Assembly (NCBI GenBank): GCA_951406725.2
Contig: OX597821.1
Location: 13,888,001-13,952,000, forward strand
Direction: 5' to 3'
DNA length: 64,000 bases
Source of the DNA: Octopus vulgaris
Lineage: Eukaryota
In this document: one piece after another, positions 26,969-38,942 of the stretch
How positions within the stretch are numbered: position 1 is the stretch's first letter
Layout of the letters: the number at the start of each line of letters is the position of its first letter
Position numbers and translations under genes: made by a program
Notes under the pieces: generated by a model
Database searches by the model: none
What the model was told of the DNA's origin: nothing
What the model saw: the letters and a program-made list of their open reading frames with translations, nothing else

Positions 26969-28024
26969 ACTTGCCCAAGGTGCTACGCAGTTGGACTGAA
27001 CCCGGAAACATATTGTTGGTAAGCAAGCTACTGATGGATCAAGAGTGAGCCAATATCTGTGTCGGTTTAGCACTGCATTGGTACCTGAAACAGTTAGCAA
27101 GATTATGGTATGTGGCATCAACATGACAGGTATGAAAGGGAATACTGACTTCGGTAGGATTTGAATCCAAAATGCAAAAAGATGAAACTAAAACTGTAAA
27201 ACAGTTTTCCAACGTTCTACCGATTCTCCCAGTCCTTCACTCTTGAGAGAATTCGGCCTACTTCGCAGAACAGCTGGTATTCCAAGACATCACAAGATGT
27301 TGGTGCCAAGCTATCAGGCTGCTGCGACTGTTGTTGGTACTGCTGTTCCTGTTGTATATAAATATGTGTGTATGTATACGTGTGTGTGTGTGTGTGTGTG
27401 TGTGAACGTACTTGTGTGTGTGTGTATGTACACGCGCGTGTGTGTGTGTGTGTGTTCAAGCTCTTTAAACATATTTGTGACTGACATAATGTTAGAAATG
27501 ATGGTGACAATAATGGTGGTGGTGGTGGTGGTTTTGCTGCTGCTGCTGCTCATAATGATGGTGTTGATGATGATGATGATGACGATGATGATAGCCACTT
27601 TATATTCACTTTTTTCATCTTCTTTGCTGTCATCATCATTATCGTCATCACCACCACTACCACTACTATGCATCCATCCATCATCATCATCATCGTAATC
27701 ATCTCTGAATAGCACTATTTATGAAAGAACCAAACCTAATTAATTTTTGATATTTGATGTTTAGTAAACTTCTCTCTCTCTCTCCCTCTCCCCTCTCTCT
27801 CTCTCTTAGTTTCATCTTCGTTATCTTCTCTTCATTTTCAACCTCGTCTTCTTTTCCCACACTTTCTCTCTCTTTAATCTCCCTCTATATTTCCCTCTCC
27901 ATCTTTTCTTTCAATTACTTCACTCTACATCCTATCTCATTTTTTTCATTCTCTGACATATAAATCTTTATACATGCTTATGTGTATGTATCAGTGTACA
28001 CACACTTGCACACATACACACCAA

Positions 28025-28065
<41 letters not shown>

Positions 28066-28594
28066 GTTAAACAGGACGTCAAACATTAAGGCAAGGCAAA
28101 TATCTCAAGTCATGTACAATATATTATAGGAAGAAATTTAAAATCTTAACAGCTGTTTCTGGGATATCCCTGAGTATGGGATATTCCATTATCGGAGACA
28201 AATGGGGGGGAAAAATATGGAAAATATATTCTGTAATCCGTTTCAGCACTTACCTAATGTACCTAATCGTTTAGATCACCTGTGAACTAAACTCCTATAC
28301 TTTGGCTGTGTGGTAAGTAGCTTGCTTACCAGCCACATGGTTCCGGGTTCAGTCCCACTGTGTGGCACCTTGGGCAAGTGTCTTCTACTATAACCTCGGG
28401 CCGACCAAAGCCTTGTGAGTGGTTTTTGTAGACGGAAACTGAAAGAAGCCCGTCGTTCCTTCCTTCTCCCCCTTCCCCCTCCTCTTCTCCTCTTTCCTTC
28501 TCCCCCCTCACCCTCACCCCTCATCTCATCTCCCCTCCCCTCTCTCCCCCTCATCTCTCCTCTCTCTCCCCCTTACCTCCCCCTCTTCCCCTCT

Positions 28595-28708
28595 CCCCTC
28601 ATCTCCTCTCTCTACACTACACCATACGACTTTACACATCACCCCTCCTCCTCCCCTCTCCCCCTCATCTCCTCTCTCTACACTACACCATACGACTTTA
28701 CACATCAC
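28595..28708. repeat. 48-bp direct duplication at the end of a polypyrimidine tract
   Basis: CCCCTCATCTCCTCTCTCTACACTACACCATACGACTTTACACATCAC at 28595-28642 and 28661-28708. Confidence 0.9.
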
Positions 28709-28944
28709 ATCATATATACATACACACATCCAGACCTCTCATACGCACTACATACTCTCTCATACACACACACACTCTATGTTGGGGCAAGGTCATTTAA
28801 CCCTATTATCTCCCCTAATTTCGCTCTTGCGTCTCACGTTTGATCTTTGACTTCTGGCCGAAATCAGATCGACATGTTGATTCGCTAGCTTCTGCACGCA
28901 TTTTTTTTCTCTCTTTGTTTCTTTCTGAGTTTCTTTTCTGTGTA

Positions 28945-28982
28945 TCTTTCTGTTGAAGAGCGTAGGCTTGAAACGTAAAAGA
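28945..28982 (+). ncRNA. Minimal hammerhead-like motif (core A6U, probably inactive)
   Basis: TCTTT-CTGTTGA-A-GAGC(GTAG)GCTT-GAAA-CG-TA-AAAGA; a more decayed sister copy lies at about 8557-8594. Confidence 0.5.
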
Positions 28983-29078
28983 CTTGTTTTATTTATATTC
29001 CTGAGCGCCATACTAATACAATTGTTTGTTTGTATTCCACCTGCCTTCGTCTTTTGCTTATTTTCATAAAGCTTCCCG

Positions 29079-29124
<46 letters not shown>

Positions 29125-29991
29125 ATGTGTGTGTGTATAGGTTTGTGTGTCTGTGTTTATCCTCCCAACAACGCTTAACAACCGATGCTGGTGTGTTACA
29201 TCCCCATAACTTAGCGGTTTTGCAAAAGAGACCGATAGAATAAGTACTAGGCTTACAAAGAATAAGTCTTGAGGTCAATTTATTTGACTAAAGGAGGTGC
29301 TCCAGCATGGCCACAACTGCGAGTCCACTACCCTAACCACTGGGCCATTGCACCTCCACATATATGTAATATATGTATGTATTTATATGTATTTATGCGT
29401 AGGCCTACGTGTGTGAGTACACATACATATACTCACACATGTATGTACAATACATAAATCTATCTATGAGATATACATTCCTGCATTCACACACACACAT
29501 ACACACACACCACACCCCTATACAATAGAACAATAATAGTCAATAAGTTTGTGGAATCAATTTACATTTAAAAGAGTGTTGATTGGTAATGATCGAATCT
29601 AATTGTTGGTGAGTAGGAATTGGCTGTGAGATATCGATATATTATTCTATAGCATAGATAATTGACATAATTTGATTGTGGCTATAATTAACTCGCACCT
29701 CTTCATATAATGCTGCTCTTTCATTTCCAGTGCTAACAGGCATAATTACCTTTGTCTATGAATGTACGTGTGTGTGTGCACGTGTGTGTGTGCACATGTG
29801 TGTGTGTGCACGTGTGCATATGTGTTTGATTCAAAGCAAGAGAGCCAAGGAGAAAAAGAAAGAAAGGTGTGGAAGAATGAGTAAGGGTAAGAGAGATACA
29901 AAGCAAGGAGGGGAGGAAGAAGAAGGGAGGAAGGGTGATGAAGAAGAGGATGGGTGCAGAAGAAAAGGCTTAATATTATATGGAACCATAA

Positions 29992-30206
29992 AAGCAGCAA
30001 GCTGGCAGAATCGTTAGCATACCAGGCTAAATGCTTAGCAGGATTTTGTCTGTCTTTATGTCCCGGGTTGAAATGCTGTCGAGGTCGACTTTGCCTTTCA
30101 TCCTTTCGGGGTCGATAAATTAAGTCCCAGCTGAGCACTGGGGTCGATGTAATCGATTTCTTTCTACCCCTGAAATTGCTAGCCTTGTGCTAAAATTTGA
30201 AACCAA
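29992..30206 (+). mobile_element. SINE family B
   Basis: Colinear with the 19151 copy. Confidence 0.8.
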
Positions 30207-30335
30207 TATATGGAACTAAAGAAGTAAATAAAGTAAAAGAGATAAGAGAGAGAGAGATGAACAGAGAGTGAAAGAGATAGGGTGAGAGATGAAAGTTAAC
30301 CAAAGAAAATATTATTTTATTAAATAGTTTTACAT

Positions 30336-30680
30336 GGAGGCACGTGGCTTAGTGGTTAGGGTGTCAGCACCATGATCGTAAGATTTTGTTTTCATTTCCT
30401 GGACCGGGCGATGCGTTGTGTTGTTGAGCCAAACACTTCATTTCACGTTGCTCCAGTCCACTCAGCTGGCAAAAAGGAGTAACACTGCGATGGACTGGCG
30501 TCCCATCCAGCTGGGGAACACATACACCATTGAAACCGGGAAACTGGACCCATGAGCCTGGCTAGGCTTTAAAAGGGCACATTTATTTTTACGCTGCAAT
30601 GGACTGGCATCCCGTCCAGCTGGGGGGAACACATATGCCACAGAAACCGGGAAACCAGGCCCATGAGCTAGACTTGAAAA
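30336..30680 (+). mobile_element. tRNA-derived SINE (family C-related) with duplicated 3' part
   Basis: TGGCTTAGTGGTTAGGGTG head; CTGCRATGGACTGGCRTCCCRTCCAGCTGGGG occurs twice. Confidence 0.7.
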
Positions 30681-30905
30681 GGGTGAAAAAAGGAAAAAAT
30701 AGTTTTACCAAAATGTAAAAGGAGAATACAGTGTGAGAGTGTATATGTGTGTGTACATATATGAATATATGCATATTTGTGTGTGAGTGTGTGTGTAAAT
30801 ATATATATATATATAATTTTAATCCAAACGGGAAACAAAAAAACAACAACAATGGAACAATTACAGTATTATTATTAATGGCGCTCAGGAAATGGAAGCA
30901 GGGAG

Positions 30906-30940
30906 GTATGACGTTTCGAGCGGAGCTCTTCGTCGGAAAC
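30906..30940 (-). ncRNA. Minimal hammerhead-like motif with GUC cleavage triplet
   Basis: Minus strand GTTT-CCGACGA-A-GAGC(TCC)GCTC-GAAA-CG-TC-ATAC; core identical to the 8319-8353 copy. Confidence 0.6.
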
Positions 30941-31378
30941 ATAAAGAAGGAAGAGAGAGGAAAGAAAGATCCCGGAGCGGGCAACGGAGATAGAGAAAAA
31001 AACGGCTGGTGTTAGGAGTTACATGGTGAAAGGCGGATGTTTACGATAACAAGAGCAAAGTGGGTTTTTAAAGGCAAAAGAGTGGAGACAAGGTTGGTAA
31101 CGCAACAGATGTGTGTGTATGTGTGAGTGTGTGCGTGTGTGTATGTGTGTGTGTGAGGCGAGATAAAAAAACAAAAAATATATGTATGTGTTAGTGTGTG
31201 CGTCTGTGTGTAGGCGTGTGAGGTAGGGCGAGATATATATATATATATATACACACACACATATACACACACACACACAGCGGTGGGCACTTAAATGCAA
31301 AACAAAGTTGTGAAAATAGTAATCGAATACCAAAGGCAGAATAATATGCTTTTATTAAAGCTACAAAATTACCTCAAA

Positions 31379-31420
31379 AACTGATACTCCGAGTTTCACA
31401 TTCCCATTCGTCAGACAGTT
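31379..31420 (-). ncRNA. Type I hammerhead ribozyme with canonical core
   Basis: Minus strand AACTGT-CTGACGA-ATG(GGAA)TGT-GAAA-CT(CGG)AG-TA-TCAGTT. Confidence 0.72.
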
Positions 31421-31456
31421 GTGATGAAAATGATATATATATATAATGATAGATAT

Positions 31457-31504
<48 letters not shown>

Positions 31505-31513
31505 CATATACAC

Positions 31514-31777
31514 ATCATCATCATCATCATCATCATCATCGTTTAACGTCCGTTTTCCACGCTAGCACGGGTTGGACGGTTCGACCGGGGTCTGGGAAGT
31601 CAGGGGCTGCACCAGGCTCCAGTCTGATCTGGCAGAGTTTCTACAGCTGGATGCCCTTCCTAACGCCAACCACTCCTCGAGTGTAGTATGTTTTATATAT
31701 ATATATATGATATATATATACATGTTATATATATATATATGTGTATATATATATATACACACACATATATATATAAC

Positions 31778-31823
<46 letters not shown>

Positions 31824-31937
31824 TGCCAGATCTGACTGGACTGGTGCAGCTTTCGGGCTCCCCAGACCCCAGTTGAACCGTCCAACCCATGCTAGCATGG
31901 AAAGCGGACGTTAAATGATGATGATGATGATGATGAT
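31514..31937. mobile_element. Two opposed 3' fragments of an (ATG)n-tailed short retroposon around (TA)n
   Basis: 31514-31686 (-) and 31823-31937 (+); other copies at 49875-50033 and 54142-54630. Confidence 0.75.
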
Positions 31938-33947
31938 ATATATAAGAATGTCATGCACATAATAAATGGCACACCCCATGCTTATAACAAGTTCCATTTA
32001 TAATCCTCATCCACCCACCCCATTATGCAGCAGCAGTAAAAACCTACAAGTTATCTTTTAATCTTTAATCAGAGGCAGTGAAGTTGTGAACATAAAGCTA
32101 TGCTCTATAGCAACGGTTCTCAAGTGAGGTCCGTATGGCCCTCGGGAGTCCAAATAAGATTTTGTTACAATTTTTGTGCATTACACAATTTTTGTATACA
32201 ATTCCTAATAATACTTAATTATAAACATATAATGGAACTTTTTAATAACTTCAAAAGGCTACGGGGATCCAGTTAGAGCTAAATATTAATTGAAGGGTCC
32301 ACAGGCAACAAAATGTGGTTGAAAACCCATTGCTGTATAAAGATATGAGTCTTTAAGTCCCGATATCTTTCGTCCTTTTCTGGGATCAATAACAATAAGT
32401 TACAGTGGCTGACCATCTGCCTCACCAAAACATGTGGCACATGGACAAAAATGCCCTGCACTAAATGTGAAATAAAGCGCATGCACAATGTTCCACATGG
32501 TGGAATCAAACCTAGAATTATTTGATTGTAAAGTGAACTTTTGAACCAAATAATACAAGGAGGGTAGTTGTGCTCCCCTTTCTAAAATATGTGACATCCT
32601 TAAACTGTGGAATTCAAAATTTAGGTTGGTGTTCCATGTACAAAAATGCCATGCTGGAGCTATGGTGGAAAACACTAACCCAGTGTGCTGCGCTCTGGGA
32701 TTGAGTCTAGAACCACATGCTTACAAAATAAACTCTTTACTGACACAGTCAAGCCAGCACCTATTTTATTTAATACAAGCAATACGACTTGGATGAGAGA
32801 TAATTTAATAGAAGACTTAATTGAATTAGTTAATAGAGTTAATAGAATATAAGACAAGAAGATTGTGTGACATTAGTTGAAGTTAATCAAATCATTAAAG
32901 TGTTATAAGTTATTATGCGTTTGTTAGAAATAAGTAGTCAACAAATAACTTCAAAGAAAAGAGTGGAATCTGCAACCAATTGAAAGAAAGCCTGCTTGGT
33001 GTGAGAATGTTTGGTAAATAGAGTTAAATTGACATTTAGTGTGGTAAATATATTAATGTTAAGTGGAGTTAATAGATAATTGGTTGGTCGGCTGTTTATC
33101 ATTCCGCAGGCCAGTTCTGATTAAGCAGACCAAGATCTTATTTTTAAAGATAGCAGGGTGTGATTTGAGGAAGATTCAGCTGCTAAAACGAGATGAGTAG
33201 ATTCAAATGGAAAAGAAAAACATGAAAACAACACAACAAATGGTATCTATGGTAACTCAAGATTTACTTGGTATGGAAATAAATGTTAAACACTACTATT
33301 TATAGTAGAACTGACATTTAATGTAGTAAATATATTGGTTTCAAATTTTAGTACAAGGCCAGCAATTTCAGGGGGTGGGGCTGAGTCAATTACCTATGCT
33401 CAACTGGTACTTATTTTATTAACCCCAAAAGGATGAAAGGCAAAGGCAACCTCGGTGGAATTTGACATCAAAGCACAAAGACAGATGAAATGTCACTAAG
33501 TATTTTGTCCACCATACTACTGATTCAGCCAGCTCACCGCCTAAATGTGAATTCTTATATAGGCTTGGGAATATACCTCGCTCATGTTATTTGTGGTCAT
33601 GACTCAAAGTTAGAAATCAGTAATTTAAGTGGGGCTGGGGGGGAAAAGAACAGTGGAGTCACAAATAACAGAGAAGTTCTCTGTCTGTTGGTATTGAATC
33701 TTTTTTTTTTATTTTAAATATGCAAATTATGATGGAAGTCAACTCATGTCTGAGACCATTATTGAGGCACCGACAGTTGTGCTTAAAGAGCAGCAACAAT
33801 GAAGGATACAACCATCAGGCAACTACTGAGTATTGGTTTCTATCTCACTTATGCCCCCCACCAGCCTCATGGGACCTTCAAAATGTCATTGGCACTACGT
33901 TTCCTGTTTTCTATTGACTTGCTACTCCCTTTAATAATTCTCTATTC

Positions 33948-34166
33948 CAGTGGTTTTCAACCAGAGTTCCGCGGAACCTTAGGGTTCTGCCAGTACAGTC
34001 CAGGGGTTCCGCAAGAAGTTACAAAACTGCTAAAATCAGCAGTAATTTTTAATTCTCCTGTGCAGATATGTGTGCATAAGACTATTAAATTATTGCACAG
34101 GGGTTCCTTGAACCAGTGGAATGTTTACTTGGGGTTCCGCTCCAGGAAAAGGTTTGAAAAGCACTG
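33948..34166. mobile_element. hAT-type MITE
   Basis: TIRs CAGTGGTTTTCAA / TTGAAAAGCACTG; 8-bp TSD CTCTATTC; inverted sister copy at 63408-63603. Confidence 0.9.
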
Positions 34167-35005
34167 CTCTATTCATGTATACTCCTATGTGAACTACAGA
34201 ATTTATAAAATCAAAACAGAAAAAAAATTCTTCGTTTATTCTTCATACCATTTTGTATTTACTTTGAACATTGAACTAACTCTAAAAAAGAAAGCAATTA
34301 CCTGTATTTGTTCTGCAATGTTTTCTAATCGTTTGTTCATCTGTAAAGCTTACACTTATATTGACAGCATCCCTTTAACAAATATTCATCATATTTTATC
34401 TGGAAAACTTTATTTCATCAAATACACAGAAACATAGAAAGAAGGCGAAACATGCCAGATCTGAGATTTGCTCAATTCTATACATAAATAACCATGTCTT
34501 TTATTATTATTTCTTATATTTAATGTAAAATATTCCATTTTTATTATTTTTATCTTTTCTTTTTCTTTTGAATTAAATTACTTCAGCTCAAACTGAAGTT
34601 ATTGCAATTTTCAATTTAACATTTTATTTACAAATAACTACTTAAGAATCACTGCTATTTTCTTCTCATTATTCTTTTATTTACTTAGTTATGTATGTAT
34701 GTATTTATTTATTTATTTATCCATTTACTTCTTTAAATATCTAAATATATATGTCTGGTTGTTTAGGTAGGGACTGGCTGTGTGTGTTTTTTTTTTCCTT
34801 TTTGTGTATGTGTTTTATTTTTCTAACTTCAACAAAGATTAAGTGACAGACTTCATCAAATGTTTATGTCAATCAATAAGATCAAAGATCTAAGAATACT
34901 GAACATTAACCAACAGGCAAAACCTACAGAACTATGGTAATTAAAATATATTCTATTGCATATATTTTTGTTTCATACTATTTGTTTTGTTTTTTTATTT
35001 TTCAG

Positions 35006-35157
35006 CAAAGAAACAGGTTGACAGCCAGGAATTAAAGCTATCTAATCGAGATGAAAAGAAACTCTCTAGGGAATGTCTGAAAGATGATAAAATTTTACCG
35101 CCCCGTGAATTAACCCTCACTAAAGGAACACATGCGCCACCTATTGGCAAGCAGTCG
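35006..35157 (+). CDS. NOS1AP: NOS1AP/CAPON-like internal exon ((A)KKQVDSQELK...PPIGKQS)
   Basis: Long T-tract and TTTCAG acceptor, open frame, TCG|GTAAGA donor in phase 0 matching the exon at 36328. Confidence 0.78.
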
Positions 35158-35180
35158 GTAAGAGAATATTTTAGTATATA

Positions 35181-35303
35181 CTAGCAGTATCGCGCGGCGT
35201 TGCTCGGGTTTGTAAGGGAAATAACTATATAAGCATTTTTAGAGATGTAAAGTATAATAGCCATCTCAATATGGCTAACCACATAGGTGGGGGTGTTACT
35301 ATA
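35181..35303 (-). mobile_element. Non-autonomous Helitron 3' fragment
   Basis: Matches 57547 onward; the minus strand ends in a hairpin plus CTAG. Confidence 0.7.
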
Positions 35304-36327
35304 GCAGAAGACACTTGCCCAAGATGCCACGCAGTGGCACTGAACCCGGAACCATGTGGTTGGTAAGCAAGCTACTTACCACACAGCCACTCCTGAAATA
35401 CTTTTAAATACAAATATAATATTTCTTTTCGAATATTATCTTACTTACACAAAATAATGGAATGAATACTTTCAAAATATAAATATTTATTTAATTAAAA
35501 TATAAGTGATTAAATCAAATTTGTATATTTACAATCAATAACAGTAATACTGTTTTACTATCAATTAATTAGAGATGTTTCATATTGATTAATTCTGTAT
35601 AAATTCAGACATGGCTGTGTGGTTAAGAAACTTGATTTGCAACCACATGGTCTTAAGTTCAATTCCAGTCTGTGGCACATTGGACAAGTGACTTCTGCAG
35701 TATTCTTGACCTGACCAATGCTTTGTGAATGATTTTGGTAAATGGAAACTGTATGGGAGTATGTTATTTACACATACATACATATATATCTTTTACTTGT
35801 TTCAGTCATTAGACTGTGGCCGTGCTGGGACACCACTTTGAAGAATTTTTTGTCGCAGGAATCAACCCCAGTACTTTAATTTTTAAGCCTGGTACTTATT
35901 CTATCAGCCTCTTTTGCCGAACTGCTAAGTTACAGGGACATTAACACACCTGCACCTGTTGTCAAGTGGCGGTGGGGGAAAGACACATACACATGCACAC
36001 ACACACATACACACATACACACATACACAAATACATGTGTGTGTGTAAGACAGGCTTCTTTCTGCTTCCATCTACACATACAGATATATACAACGGGGGC
36101 TTCTTTTAGTTTCTGTCAATCAAATCCACTCATGAGGCTATAGTAGAAGATACTTATCCAAAGTGCCATGCAGTGGGGCTGAACCCAGAACCATGTGGTT
36201 GGGAAGCAAACTTGTTACCACACAGCCACACCTTTGCCTGTATAGGATGATGATCTTATATCTTATTCTTTTATTCACCTGTTTAACAGATGCTTTACTT
36301 TCTCTTTCTTCTTTCTTTTATTTTCAG

Positions 36328-36750
36328 AATGCTGCAGTGACAGTAGGAGGCAGTAGCAGTAGCTTAGTGGTTGGTGGAGGGAACGTCGTCAGTGGTGGTA
36401 GTATTGGTGGTAGTATTGGTGGTAGTAGTAGTTGCATTAGTGGAAGTGGTGTTGGTGGAAGTAGTGGTGGAGGTGGAGTGAGTGGCCGAGTCAGCAATGT
36501 CGGAGTCAGTTTGGCTGGAAAGACATTGACGACAGGTGGGACGACAATCGTGTCACCAATCAGCTCACCTGTGCTACTTGGGGACTACGGTCATCTGGAA
36601 GCGCACATGCCCCTTAGTCGGCACCACCAAGTGCAACTGCTACGCCAGCAACTTGAGCAGCAACAGCAACAAACACAAGTTGCTATTGCTCAGGTTCATC
36701 TCCTGAAGGACCAACTAGCCGCTGAGACAGCCGCGCGTATAGAAGCACAG
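36328..36750 (+). CDS. NOS1AP: NOS1AP/CAPON-like exon: Gly/Ser linker and start of the conserved coiled coil
   Basis: TTTTCAG|AAT...CAG|GTAAGA; encodes [47 protein letters not shown], close to vertebrate CAPON PLSTHHQMQLL...[26 protein letters not shown] as recalled. Confidence 0.93.
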
Positions 36751-37075
36751 GTAAGAACATTCAGACTTAAAAAATCAAAGTAACCAAAAAAAAAAAAAAA
36801 GGGTTAAGCAACCTATATAACCTTTTGAAACTTTTTCATTTTTTGGAATTGCCAGAAATTTTTTGAAAATTTGTCTTCTACACATGAGAATTCATATGAT
36901 TATAAGAAAAAAATACTTTTTCTTTTAGATTTTTTACCCCCTCCCTTAAATCCTAAAAGTTCCAATCTCTTTCAAATTTAATTTTTTTAAATCAGAGTTT
37001 AATATATGGACAGTCCAAATTTTTTGCTTAAATCCCAGGAATGGACCACCCTTGAGTGCATCGTCATTCCATTAA

Positions 37076-37296
37076 CCCTTTCATTACCGTATTTATTTTG
37101 AGATGCTCTGTGTTCCTTTCAATTATTTTAAATATAACAAAGAATTTAGTAACATAACTTAGTCATCATTAAGTCATCATTGGGAACATAAATTGGGACT
37201 AAGTTTTGGTGGAAGATTTTAATTCAAAACTTATGAAAACAAAACATTTGTACTACAGATCCACAGCCGGTTTCAGCCGGGTTGGTAACAAAAGGG
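37076..37296. mobile_element. piggyBac-like MITE
   Basis: TTAA|CCCTTTCATTACC ... GGTAACAAAAGGG|TTAA. Confidence 0.8.
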
Positions 37297-37646
37297 TTAA
37301 ATGTGTTTATGAGGAGAAAAATATTGAAAACATCAAAAATTTCTTTTTTTGCATAATGGTATGAATTCCTGTATAGAACACAAAATTGCAAAAATTTTCT
37401 GATTGAAAAGCTATGAAGGGTTATTTGGGGAGCTTAAGCCAGAATTCCACCCCAAAAAAATATGAGCGTGTGTGTGTGTGTGCATATAGTGTAGGCATGG
37501 TTGTGTGGTTAAGATACTTGCTTTGCAACTACTTGATTTTGGGTTCAGTCTCACTGCACAGCACTTTGGGCATATGTCTTCTGTAGCCCTGGACTGACCA
37601 ATGCCTTGTGTGTGAACTTGATTGATGGATACTGTGTGGAAACTCA

Positions 37647-37679
<33 letters not shown>

Positions 37680-37781
37680 CTTGTGTGCATGTTTGCATGT
37701 ATGTGTAAGTGAGTATGTGTATCTATCACCAGGAAAAGAAAAGGTGAGAGATAAGGTGGGGAATGAAAGAGAGTGAGAGAT

Positions 37782-37817
<36 letters not shown>

Positions 37818-37993
37818 AAAGATAGTGAGAGATATACAGAGAGAAAAAGAATGAACAAGAGTGAGAAATATACAGAGAGAGGGTGACAGAGAGTGAGAGA
37901 GATTCAGCAAGAGAGAGAGAGTGAGAGAGAGGAAGAAACAAAGAGCAGTAACAAGGAAACAGAAGCAACTCTTTTTTCATGTCTTCTTTCTAG

Positions 37994-38134
37994 GCTCGAT
38001 CTCATCAGTTACTGCTTCACAATCGGGACCTTCTCGATCACGTGGCCCAGCTAATTAGTCGGATGCAAGATCTAGAGATGAAGGCCGGTGGATTTACTGC
38101 AAGTTCAGAGCAACTTTATCAAACAACATTACAG
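37994..38134 (+). CDS. NOS1AP: NOS1AP/CAPON-like exon (ARSHQLLLHNRDLLDHVAQLISRMQDLE...TLQ), missed by the ORF track
   Basis: CTTCTTTCTAG|GCT...CAG|GTAAGT, 141 nt, phase 0/0; continues the CAPON coiled coil (cf. ARVHQLLLQNKDMLQHISLLVKQVQELE). Confidence 0.93.
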
Positions 38135-38526
38135 GTAAGTGACACAAACTGGAAATTTTCATTCCTCTTCTTTTCCGTTGTTTTAATTCAGTGTTTCTGA
38201 TAGATGAGGAAAGACACTAGAAAGACTCAGGTGGCAGGCCCAGTAAGTTGTTGTGACAATCCTGTATATATGTGTGTGTGTATGTATGTGTTAATGTATG
38301 TGTGTAGATGAGTTTGCACATAAGAAAATTTTATTTCATTGATAAAGCAAACACTCTACCCTTAAAAAACCTCAACAGGATCAATAAGTAACTGTTATTC
38401 TAAATCTTATATTATAAAAGAGAAACTAATCTCTGTCTGTCTGTCTATCTGTAACACCATCTGTATTGAGAGAGAGAAGGGGAGGAGAGAAAGTTATTGA
38501 GAGAGAATACAGTAAGAGAGAGAGAG

Positions 38527-38562
<36 letters not shown>

Positions 38563-38942
38563 AAAGATAGATAAATAGGTAACATTGTCACCTTAGTAAC
38601 TAACAAATTTTGATTAAAAACGTGGGAATTTTAAGTGCAAGTCTGTCGACACAACACAACACAGACTTCAAACAAAGTCTATATGTATATATAATACATA
38701 CAGTTTCTCTTCAGTTGTATGTGTGTGTGTGTGCTTCTGTATGTCCTTCAACATAGAAACAACACAAAAGACTTTTACTTTGAAGAATTTATGAAGGTAC
38801 ATACATGATTAACAAATATTTTTACAGCAGTGTTGAGATGGACAACAACCTAATATTGATAATTCATATATGATGGCTATTACACAATTAAAGTATTGAT
38901 TATTTTAAAAATCTCATCCATTTTCTCTTTTGTTCCCTTTAG

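Noticed and set aside
29731-29739. Possible 9-nt microexon TGCTAACAG after a TTTCCAG acceptor
   Set aside because: Would need a weak GC donor (GCATAA); no other support.
33799-34437. 212-aa ORF
   Set aside because: Runs through a hAT MITE and AT-rich intron; no recognisable domain or splice support.
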